In this document: positions 17,063 to 25,548 of the stretch, in pieces
Position numbering within the stretch: position 1 is the first letter of the stretch
Layout of the letters: every line of letters begins with the position of its first letter
Source: Candidatus Latescibacterota bacterium
GTDB taxonomy: Bacteria > Latescibacterota > UBA2968 > GCA-2709665
Direction of reading: 5' to 3'
DNA: 64,000 nucleotides
NCBI GenBank assembly: GCA_965237675.1
Contig: OZ250150.1
Location: 1,568,001-1,632,000, forward strand
Position numbers and translations under genes: made by a program
Notes under the pieces: model-generated
What the model saw: the letters and a program-made list of their open reading frames with translations, nothing else
What the model was told of the DNA's origin: nothing
The model's database searches: none

Positions 17063-19692
17063 CGCAGTCCGAATGCCCTCGCGAAAATCAAAAAGTCGCC
17101 AAACCCGATGGTTCCGTCCCCGTCCAGGTCGAACCTGGGATCAAAATCTTCATCGGTTGTAGTCCTGCCGAACGCCTCCGCCAACGCGATGAAGTCCGCG
17201 AACCCGACGCTTCCATCAGAGTTGAAGTCGGGAGACGGCGGCGCCTCGATGGAAATAGGCTCGAATCTTCTGAAGCCCAGGGAACGACTGCCATTTCCCC
17301 ACAACCAGATCTCAAGCGCATAATCGTCGCCAATTCGCTGTTCCGGTGGGAATGAAAGCACGGTATTGAAACGTCCATTCACGACAGGCGCGTAGAATTC
17401 CCTGATGCTCGAGAAGGATCCCGGTGGCGATTCCTGATCGCTCCCGTCCCAACTCGACGCGAAGAAACGGAATTCGATTTGAGATACCGAACGATCGAGG
17501 ACCGTGCCGGCAACCCCGATCCCCTGGCCAATTCGATACGCAACCGGCATTGGCGAATCGAGTGTGATTTGGCGGAAGAAGTCAACGGGGAGCAATGCGG
17601 TCCCTTCCCCTCTCCTTACGACAAAGGGCCCAAAACCATCTTGCGGAGAAGAATATGCTGTGTTTCCTCGATACCGGTTTATCGCGAAATCGTACACGCC
17701 CGCTTTTCTGTGCGCAAAGAATATCGTCGTTGCGAATTGACCGTCTATCACAGGCGCTTCGAAGAATATGTACTCGTTGATATCGTCGTGCCAAAACCCG
17801 AGTGAAAGAAGCGTAATCGAAGGATCGGATACGGTGCCGGAAAGCCGAAGCGCCTGCCCCGTCTCGACTGCAACAGGAATCGGTGAGGAGAAGAGGATAT
17901 CGGTAAAATAGCCAACGGGAATCGGTGACGTCTCCGGACCTTCCTGTATTGTAAAGGCATTGAAAGTGCCGGCCGGAGAGAAGTCTTGTTGGTCTTCCCG
18001 TCTCGTTTCGGCCTGGAGCCTGTAGTCGCCGGCCTGTTCGTGTGAGAAGAAGAAGGTATGCCTGAATTTTCCGTCTCGAACCGGGACACGGTAAGCGTTT
18101 TCTACGCCATAATCGGTTCGCAGGAGAGAAAACCGGACTTCGGATACCAGAGGATCGGATACGGCGCCGGAAATGCGAATCGGTTTGTAGGACATGAAAG
18201 GGCCGGAAACGGGAGTGTCTAGCGTTATATTCGTGAAAAAATCGGTCGGAATCGAGATGCGGGTTCTGTCGCCCGGCGGAATCGGGATGAGTACCGCCCG
18301 GAATAAACCCTCGGCGTCGGTCTGAATCCATATCGTGCGGTTCGTTTCGTACGACAGGCGCACGAAGGCGCCGGAAAGGGGTTGGACGCTTCCGATTGCA
18401 GGCGAGGTCTCGGGCGAGACGAGAAATTCCTCCGGATGGGGGAAGGTGCGTGCGCCGCTGGTGGTGTCTGCCAGAAACGGAGTGGTGTAGTCGAGCGTGG
18501 CGTTGAGGCCCAAGCCGCTCAGGAACAGCCGGGACAGGTGCCGTTCGTAAATGTCCGTAATGCGGTCGCCCGCTGCATTCTTGACATTGGAGATACCAAC
18601 CCTGTTCGTCTGCGTCAGACGCGAGAGAATTTCCGTGCCATAGTCTTCAATGAGGCTTCGAACGAACAGATAGCCAGCGCCACGGACGCCCGGGTTCTCG
18701 ACCGACCCGCGCAACGGCGTACGGTGCGGGTTGGTGAGGAAGCGTTCGATATTCTGTCGATTGTGCGCTTCGTGTCCGCCGACCAGGTCCTCACAGACGT
18801 GCGACAGTCCTTCGTTGAGCCAGTTTTCTTCCGGCCTTCCGTTGCGAATGAGCACGTGCTGGTAGAAGCTGAAGAGATGTTGAAATTCATGGGCAAGCAC
18901 GGCATCGGTGACGTCGGGATCGTTGAATGGATTGATAAAGAGCAGGTTGATCTGGTCGCCGTTGCCGCCCTGGTTCTCAGGCAGGACCGACGCGGCGTTG
19001 AAGAATCCGCGTACCGTGGTGGTATCGTCACCGACTTCGTCAACCAGGTGGGTGTAGAGCAGGTAAACCCTCCCAATGTCCCCCGCACCCGGATCGCGTA
19101 CGAGCGCGGACGTGACAACGGGATGGATCTTTAGGCTGAATAGGTCGACATCCGCCTGGATCCGCGTCCTGCTGACGCGGCCGGTGTCGGACACGTCCAC
19201 GTAGGCGGTCGCCCGGTGGCCGCCCGCGAGGAGCACCGCCGTAACGGTCGTATCGGCCACGTTACCGAATGCCGGAAACACGAACCGGCGGGCGCCGACC
19301 AGATGCGGCGCGACTTTCGTCGCCGAGGGGCGGTATCCGCCGGTTTGTCGTACGCGGCGGGCGAGCTCCTGCTCCTGTCTTCGAAGCTGCGCTTCCAGAC
19401 CGCCGCCCGCAGGTGTGGCCGTGCCGACGCCGGAATTGTGAACCGTCACAGCATTGGCGCCGGTGGATACACTGAAAACCGAGAAGTCGTACTCAGGATT
19501 GTTTTCGAGATCGGGGGGACCATCCGTATTCAGGGAATAGAGGACCAACATGTAGTCCCGGTCGGAAAACTCGAGGGTCAGCGGGGACGATGTCCCGAGG
19601 AGCTTGACCGGGTAGGGTTCGCCGATTCTCTGCGCGAAAACCGGCTGAAAGCAGGTCAACAACAGGAGGAAGGAGTACGCTCGATATCTCAT
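17056..19692 (-). CDS. Secreted zinc metallopeptidase-like protein with three internal repeats and a C-terminal dockerin-like domain
   Basis: Signal peptide; LAHEFQH...WLNEGLSH; repeats IPTDFFTNITLD / IPVGYFTDILFS / LPVDFFRQITLD; DFNSDGSVGFADF...DLDGDGTIGFGDF. Confidence 0.8.
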   Translation of the reverse strand: MRYRAYSFLLLLTCFQPVFAQRIGEPYPVKLLGTSSPLTLEFSDRDYMLVLYSLNTDGPPDLENNPEYDFSVFSVSTGANAVTVHNSGVGTATPAGGGLEAQLRRQEQELARRVRQTGGYRPSATKVAPHLVGARRFVFPAFGNVADTTVTAVLLAGGHRATAYVDVSDTGRVSRTRIQADVDLFSLKIHPVVTSALVRDPGAGDIGRVYLLYTHLVDEVGDDTTTVRGFFNAASVLPENQGGNGDQINLLFINPFNDPDVTDAVLAHEFQHLFSFYQHVLIRNGRPEENWLNEGLSHVCEDLVGGHEAHNRQNIERFLTNPHRTPLRGSVENPGVRGAGYLFVRSLIEDYGTEILSRLTQTNRVGISNVKNAAGDRITDIYERHLSRLFLSGLGLNATLDYTTPFLADTTSGARTFPHPEEFLVSPETSPAIGSVQPLSGAFVRLSYETNRTIWIQTDAEGLFRAVLIPIPPGDRTRISIPTDFFTNITLDTPVSGPFMSYKPIRISGAVSDPLVSEVRFSLLRTDYGVENAYRVPVRDGKFRHTFFFSHEQAGDYRLQAETRREDQQDFSPAGTFNAFTIQEGPETSPIPVGYFTDILFSSPIPVAVETGQALRLSGTVSDPSITLLSLGFWHDDINEYIFFEAPVIDGQFATTIFFAHRKAGVYDFAINRYRGNTAYSSPQDGFGPFVVRRGEGTALLPVDFFRQITLDSPMPVAYRIGQGIGVAGTVLDRSVSQIEFRFFASSWDGSDQESPPGSFSSIREFYAPVVNGRFNTVLSFPPEQRIGDDYALEIWLWGNGSRSLGFRRFEPISIEAPPSPDFNSDGSVGFADFIALAEAFGRTTTDEDFDPRFDLDGDGTIGFGDFLIFARAFGLRL

Positions 19693-20028
19693 TCGGTACC
19701 GCCGGGCGGCTATAGTTTCTCCAAGGGTTTTAATCAGCTCTTAATCACAGTCAATCATGGTGTAATCACAGTCCGGTATTGTCAAGCCTTTTTATCGAAC
19801 TTCAACAGGGAATGTTCTGCAGGAAGGCAAACACGTGCGGAAAGCGGGTAGGGAATCCCGGCGGAGAGGCGCTACGGTGGGGTCGATCCGAGATGTACAA
19901 CGAGCGGCTTTTTGGACGATGAGTTGATGACGGAGATGCAAATGTCGAGGAGCAGTCCATCCTAAAGTCTATTCATGAGATATTGTCACGGATAGCGGTA
20001 TCAGGAAGCAGAAACAGCTTCCGAGTGA

Positions 20029-20352
20029 ATCGAGAAAGTGAAGTCGGTGCGAGGTTTTCGGGCTGGCATGTTAGAAGAAGAACGACAGCTCTGGCGAGAC
20101 CTGCGGGACCTACCCCCCCCCTTCCTGAGAGGAAGGGGGAACCGTGATCGGTTAATGAACGGTTGGATTGGCTGAAGACGTTTCCATTGTTGAAAAAATC
20201 CCGGCGAAATATTGTAATAGGTCAGCGTGTTGCGATCGAGAAAGTGACGAGATGACATTCTCCGATCAATCAGAGCGTAAAAAAACAGTATTTACGCAAC
20301 GCTTGGTTCAACTCCCCCTCTCCTCGCAGGAGAGGGGGCCGGGGGGAGAGGT
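20029..20352 (+). mobile_element. DUF559 gene fragment followed by an internally deleted DUF559 element (20108-20352)
   Basis: Fragment IEKVKSVRGFRAGMLEEERQLWRDLR; then left end, KKSRRNIVIGQRVAIEKV coding remnant, gene 3' remnant and right-end hairpin. Confidence 0.8.
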
Positions 20353-20358
20353 CCTCAC

Positions 20359-20505
20359 TAAAGACTCGCGAAAAGGATTCTGTGATGATTATCTTGAGCC
20401 TCCACGCCAGGTTGCTCCAGGTTCATTGTTATAAGGTTAATTAAGTAAGCCAGAATTCAATGACTTGAGCAAGGAGACTTCCTTTTGTGTGAATTAATGA
20501 GGCTA
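20359..20505. repeat. ~147-bp dispersed repeat, second copy at 60879-61025
   Basis: Both copies share AAAGACTYGCGAAWAGGATYCTGTGATGA, CTCCAGGTTCATTGTTATA and terminal GAATTAWTSAGGCTA. Confidence 0.7.
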
Positions 20506-20852
20506 AAGTCTATTCATGAGATATTGTCACGGCAATCGTGCCAATCATACAATCACAGGCAATCCCCCCAGAGTTTATCAACGGGTTTCAATCAGGTTTT
20601 AATCACATTAATCATAGTCAATCACAGTATGGAATGAGATTTGCATGAGTATTGTATGTGAAAGCCCTGACGCGGGTCGGCGGATGTCGAGGGTCCGGCA
20701 ACAGCGACGCAAAGGATCGACAGGATGACGAATAGAACCGCTCAAATGCTGACCTTCTCGTTCGTCCACTCGTTCGAACCCACATAATCCCTCGGCCTCT
20801 ACTTTCGATCCATTTGATCGCAGCAATGACCGTCGGCCCGTGATTTGCTTGA

Positions 20853-21299
20853 ATGTTGGACGTGATAAACAATGAACACAAACATTCCGTGCTCACAGGG
20901 AGGATCATCGGATGCGCGATGACGGTACATACCGCGCTGGGCAACGGCTTCCAGGAGTTCATTTATCAGAATGCGTTGAAGATAGAAATGGAGGATTATG
21001 GTATTTGCTACAGTTGTGAGCATGAAATGCCCATTTATTTCAAAGGAAAACAGATAGGTATCAGAAGAGCCGATTTCCTGGTGGAACACGTCGTCTGTGT
21101 TGAATTGAAGGCAGTGATCGAGTTGCAGGACGTCCATCTGGCACAGGCCATCAACTACCTTGAGGCGTCCGATCTGGAGGTCGGTCTGCTCATCAACTTC
21201 GGCGCAAAAAGCCTCGAATTCAAAAGAGTAACGAACAAAACGTTCAAACAACGAACCCAGGGCAACCCCACAATCCCACCATCCCGCAAATCACGTTAA
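20853..21299 (+). CDS. GxxExxY protein (PD-(D/E)xK nuclease superfamily)
   Basis: VHTALGNGFQEFIYQNAL, RADFLVEHVVCVELKA, QAINYL, GLLINFG. Start may be GTG 20862. Confidence 0.93.
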   Translation: MLDVINNEHKHSVLTGRIIGCAMTVHTALGNGFQEFIYQNALKIEMEDYGICYSCEHEMPIYFKGKQIGIRRADFLVEHVVCVELKAVIELQDVHLAQAINYLEASDLEVGLLINFGAKSLEFKRVTNKTFKQRTQGNPTIPPSRKSR

Positions 21300-21399
21300 T
21301 TACAGCAATCCTCCAAAGTCTTTCCATGGGTTTCAATCAGGTTTTAATCGCAGTTAATCATAGTCCATCACAGTAATCATAGTTAATCATAGTTAGTGG

Positions 21400-21428
21400 T
21401 TGACATTCCAAAAACACCGGGCTATACT
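21400..21428 (+). promoter_or_regulatory. Near-consensus sigma70 promoter
   Basis: TTGACA-17 bp-TATACT. Confidence 0.75.
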
Positions 21429-21434
21429 TATGTG

Positions 21435-21518
21435 ACGTATCGACTCTGGTTGATAAATTCTCTTGATTGGAGTGCTTCATAAAGGCTGTCGCCGTTGGCC
21501 GAGGGCGGCGGCCTTTTC
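21435..21518 (+). ncRNA. Candidate small RNA (~85 nt) or terminated leader
   Basis: Lies between the promoter and a 13-bp hairpin (21481-21516, two G-U pairs on the + strand) followed by Ts. Confidence 0.45.
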
Positions 21519-21537
21519 GATAACATCACACCCTAGC

Positions 21538-21846
21538 AATCCCAGTCCTTATTTGCCTTTATCACAGTTAATCAGGATTTAATCCCAGTCCATCCCAGTC
21601 CTTATTTGCCTTTATCACAGTTAATCAGGTTTCAATCCCAGTCCATCCCAGTCCTTATTTGCCTTTATCACAGTTAATCAGGATTTAATCCCAGTCCATC
21701 CCAGTCCTTATTTGCCTTTATCACAGTTAATCAGGTTTCAATCCCAGTCCGTTTTTGCCTTTATCATGGTCAATCATAGTTAATCCCAGTCCAGCTCTTG
21801 TTTTAATCATAGTTAATCATTAGTAATCATAGTTGTAATCATAGTC
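21538..21846 (+). repeat. Tandem array, 4 x 53 bp plus degenerate AATC-periodic tail
   Basis: CCTTATTTGCCTTTATCACAGTTAATCAGG at 21547, 21600, 21653, 21706; GGATTT and GGTTTC variants alternate. Confidence 0.92.
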
Positions 21847-21855
21847 GGGGGAGCC

Positions 21856-22761
21856 ATGAACCGGTCTCGTTTTCTTTGCCTTTTCGTTGCTTTCGTTCTG
21901 TTCATTCCCGGGGGAACAGGGCATGGCGGGGAGAAGGTGGCGCTCAATTTCGTCTACAAAACAGGGCAGTCGAATCTCTATAAGAATTCCTGGACAATGG
22001 AATATTACAGCGGTCGAGCAGATCTGATCGACGAAGACAAGACTTCGGGTACGGTCGACGTGCGGATCTATGGAAACTGGAAAAGCAGGGAAGCGGTCGG
22101 CTCCATTGAAGAGGGCGCCGCCACCGTTGCGGCGGCCGTTCAGAACGCCGAGAGTACAGTGATGGAAGACCGCGTCCAGATAAGCGAAGACAATTTTCCG
22201 TATCTGCTCGATATGTTCAACAATAGGACGTTCTCCTGGCATGTGACCGCGGCGGGCGACGTGACGGGATTCAAGCCCGGCTTCAAGACGTATGAGGTGC
22301 GCCGCGAAGGCGCGATCAGCGATTTGCACCAACTCTGGTTGCCGGAAATTCATCCGGTCCTGCCCGACAGGGAGGTGGGTTCCGGCGATTCGTGGTCCGG
22401 CCTCCGGCGCCTTGAGATCCCGATCCCGGCGCTGAGGGACAAGGGTCTGGTGGAGATCAACAGCGTCTATGTATTGAAGCGGCTGGCGAAGAAGAAGGGC
22501 CGGCGGGTCGCCCTGATCGACGAGACCCGGCAGATGCGGTACCGCGGCTGGATATTTTCCAACGCGGTATCGATTATGGTCGAAGGCACCGGCGAGGGGA
22601 AGGGCAAGTGGACCATCGACGTGGGCCGGGGGCTCGTGATAGGACACGAAGTCAAGCTGTCGTTCAAAGACCTGGACGTGACCGTGATCCGGGGCAACGT
22701 CAAGGTGGAGAACCCGGGCGCCAAGATGAAGCTCGTTTTCAAACGCGAACTGGACGATTAG
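21856..22761 (+). CDS. Secreted hypothetical protein
   Basis: Signal peptide; LPDREVGSGDSW motif; beta-rich; RBS GGGGAG. Confidence 0.7.
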   Translation: MNRSRFLCLFVAFVLFIPGGTGHGGEKVALNFVYKTGQSNLYKNSWTMEYYSGRADLIDEDKTSGTVDVRIYGNWKSREAVGSIEEGAATVAAAVQNAESTVMEDRVQISEDNFPYLLDMFNNRTFSWHVTAAGDVTGFKPGFKTYEVRREGAISDLHQLWLPEIHPVLPDREVGSGDSWSGLRRLEIPIPALRDKGLVEINSVYVLKRLAKKKGRRVALIDETRQMRYRGWIFSNAVSIMVEGTGEGKGKWTIDVGRGLVIGHEVKLSFKDLDVTVIRGNVKVENPGAKMKLVFKRELDD

Positions 22762-22887
22762 CCGTCAACGCCGGTAGATAACGGCGGGCCGAACTTCAAA
22801 TGAAGTCCCTTCGCGGGGGCTTCGTTCCTCCACGCGACCTCTCACGCCACGGCGACCGCATCATCGGGTCCCGCCGGCATTCGGATT

Positions 22888-24615
22888 ATGGAGGTGGGCG
22901 CCATTAACCAACCGAACGACGCAAATCGCCAGCGAAAGTCGCCGGATGACTTTCTGCAGGACTACGTGGATATGCAGCACACGTTCCGGTCGCTGTCCAT
23001 TATCGATCAGATATTGATGTCCATGGACGAAAAGGACAAACGCCGGCCCCAGCTCTACGACCTCCGTCGACAGCTTCAGGAGGACGAGATTACGTTCGAA
23101 GAGGCGCGGCGGACCATCGTGGAGATGGAGGCCGCGCTCGAGAAGGTGACGGCGCCGGCCAACCGGGTGGGCACGCTCCTGGAGCCGCCCCGCGACGGGG
23201 TGGCGTATATCAGCGTGGGCGGGTCGGAATATTTCGCCAATGTCGATTCCAGGCTGGACCGGCAGACGTTGAAGGTGGGCACGCGGGTGCTGGTAAACGA
23301 CGCGTTCGCTATCGTGGGCGAACTGGGATATACGTTGTCCGGCCAGGTGGCGAAGATTTCAGACGTGCTCGAAGACAGCCGGTTGCGGGTCGGCCAGGAA
23401 CCTGGCGGGCAGGTCACGGTGCTCTCCCGGTCGAGCGACCTCATCGAGGCGTCGCTGAAGGCGGGCGACGAGGTTCGCGTGGATCCGAATTTCCGCGTGG
23501 CGCTGGAACGGATGCCCAAAAAAGACGCGAAAGACTATTACCTGGAAGAGATTCCACATCTGCCGTGGGAGAAAATCGGCGGCCAGGACGAGGCCATCCA
23601 GGCCATAAAAGATACGATCGAGATGCCGGCGTTGCACCCGGTCCTGTTTTCCAGGTTCCAGTACAGCGTTCCCAAGGGGTTCCTGTTGTACGGGCCGCCG
23701 GGCTGCGGCAAGACGCTGATCGGCAAGGCAACCGCTTACAACCTCGTCAAGCAGGCCCGCCAGGAGGCCGGACTTAAGTTGAAAGAATGTTTCATGAATA
23801 TTAAAGGTCCGGAAATCCTGAATATGTGGCTGGGCGAGTCCGAACGCCAGGTTCGAGAGATTTTTTCCCGGGCGCGGGAGAAGCGGAAAGAGGGCTGTCT
23901 GCCGGTGGTATTCATCGACGAGGCGGAGTCGGTTCTCGGCACGCGCCGGGCGATGCGATCGCACAGCATTTCAAATACCGTTGTGCCGATGTTCTGCTCG
24001 GAGATGGACGGCATCGAGTCGCTGCAGGACGTGGTGATCATACTGGCGTCCAACCGGCCCGACCTGATCGACCCCGCCATTTTGAGGCCGGGAAGAATCG
24101 ACCGGAAAATAAAGGTGAAACGTCCCGACAGGGAGGGCGCGCACGAGATCCTCAAGATCTATCTGACACCCGATCTTCCAATTAACCGGAAAGCGTTGGA
24201 AGAGCACGGGGGTGACGCGTCGGAGGCCGTGGAGGCGTTCGTCGCGCGCACGGTGGAAGAGATTTTCTCTCGCAAGGACCATACGCGGTTTCTCGAAGTG
24301 ACCCTGCGAAGCGGCCGGAAGGATATTCTCCGCCGGGGGGATCTGGCCAGCGGGGCAATCATGGAATCCATTGTGCGGCGGGCAAAGGAAATGGCCATCC
24401 GGCGCTCGATCGCGTCTGGAGAGGAAGAGGGCATTTCCCAGGACGATCTGCTTCAGGCCGTCGAGGCCGAGTATACGGAGAATGAGATTTTCCCGTCGAC
24501 GGATCACACGGAAGACTGGCTGAAGTTGCTGGACTACGATCCCGAAAACGTCGTGCGGGCGTCGCCGATTCGCCCCGGGCGGGAGACGAACCGGCGCGTG
24601 AATCGGAGCGTGTAG
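22888..24615 (+). CDS. arc: Proteasome-associated AAA ATPase (ARC/Mpa family)
   Basis: N-terminal coiled coil and OB-like region, GPPGCGKT, IKGPEILNMWLGESERQVR, VFIDEAES, RPGRIDRKI; context. Exact start uncertain. Confidence 0.9.
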   Translation: MEVGAINQPNDANRQRKSPDDFLQDYVDMQHTFRSLSIIDQILMSMDEKDKRRPQLYDLRRQLQEDEITFEEARRTIVEMEAALEKVTAPANRVGTLLEPPRDGVAYISVGGSEYFANVDSRLDRQTLKVGTRVLVNDAFAIVGELGYTLSGQVAKISDVLEDSRLRVGQEPGGQVTVLSRSSDLIEASLKAGDEVRVDPNFRVALERMPKKDAKDYYLEEIPHLPWEKIGGQDEAIQAIKDTIEMPALHPVLFSRFQYSVPKGFLLYGPPGCGKTLIGKATAYNLVKQARQEAGLKLKECFMNIKGPEILNMWLGESERQVREIFSRAREKRKEGCLPVVFIDEAESVLGTRRAMRSHSISNTVVPMFCSEMDGIESLQDVVIILASNRPDLIDPAILRPGRIDRKIKVKRPDREGAHEILKIYLTPDLPINRKALEEHGGDASEAVEAFVARTVEEIFSRKDHTRFLEVTLRSGRKDILRRGDLASGAIMESIVRRAKEMAIRRSIASGEEEGISQDDLLQAVEAEYTENEIFPSTDHTEDWLKLLDYDPENVVRASPIRPGRETNRRVNRSV

Positions 24616-24649
24616 TGTTCCGGAGTCAGCGGTCAGCTAAGAGCCGGGC

Positions 24650-24824
24650 TTCTCCCCCCGGCCCCAAGTCCCTCACCCCCCAACCCCCTCTCCCACAGGG
24701 AGAGGGGGAGCAGAACCAGGGGTTGACCTATCACGTTATCTCGTCCAGGTTTTTTCATCAATCGAACTGTCTTCAACCGAAGACAGTTCCCCCTTCCTCT
24801 CAGGAAGGGGGTTAGGGGGTAGGT
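24650..24824 (-). mobile_element. Internally deleted DUF559 element
   Basis: Reverse complement reads left end, ATGAAAAAACCTGGACGAGATAACGTGATAGGTCAA (DUF559 5' remnant), then right-end hairpin. Confidence 0.75.
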
Positions 24825-24984
24825 CTCGTCCTCACGCCCGCCTGGAGGTGGTGATGGGGGTTGTTCGCGGCAAGAATCGCGCCGCTCACCATCAACCTCG
24901 AACGCCAGAACCAGGCGTCCCCTGTTGTTCCGAAAAATCGCCGGAACAACAGTTCACGCGCTGCGCGGGTGGAGGTTGGTTTTC

Positions 24985-25249
24985 CACGCTTAAACGTCCA
25001 GCATCATTACTATACGTTACCACGTATAGATTTGATTTTGACTGGCGGCAAGACCGCAAACACGTTCAAAACTCCTTCGCGGTATACCTCATGGCCGTCC
25101 GGTGGCGGAGTGGGGGCTTTTCCGCGTTATTCCATCCACCACCTGTGCTTGGTGGTCGCAATGAAGCCCGCAGGGCACAGCCTCCGGTTTCGGCCTCCGA
25201 GGGAGTTCGCGGAAAAGCAGCCCCGCGGCGTCTGAGCGGCGCCCTTCTT
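24985..25249 (-). repeat. Structured dispersed element, variant 4
   Basis: Scaffold GGGGCTGCTTTTCCGCGAA...CGCGGAAAAGCCCC with central TGCCCT (AGGGCA at 25172-25177); extension similar to 37315-37420. Confidence 0.75.
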
Positions 25250-25548
25250 TCAAAGGCGGTGAGACGGGAGACGGGTAGAAGGGAGAGGACCACACCGCAC
25301 ACCGCCGGGCTCGCGCTCCACTAAGCAATTCTCTTCTATTTGAATATTGCGAGAATCCGATTGCGGACGTCTCACCTGTCAAAGTTATCACCACCTCTTC
25401 CGTCTTCCCTCTACCCTCTCACGGCTTTTTGGCGATGCAAGAAAAAGGGCAAGGGAATAGGGGACGTTTGGGGGTGAGGGAGATTCCATCTCACGGGTGC
25501 CGAAACGCGCATTTCTTTCGCCATAGGATCGGAGATTGAGCGGGGTTC

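Noticed and set aside
21445-21455. TCTGGTTGATA shared between the candidate sRNA and a variable segment of the structured element (11720-11730)
   Set aside because: An 11-nt match is expected by chance given the amount of sequence compared.
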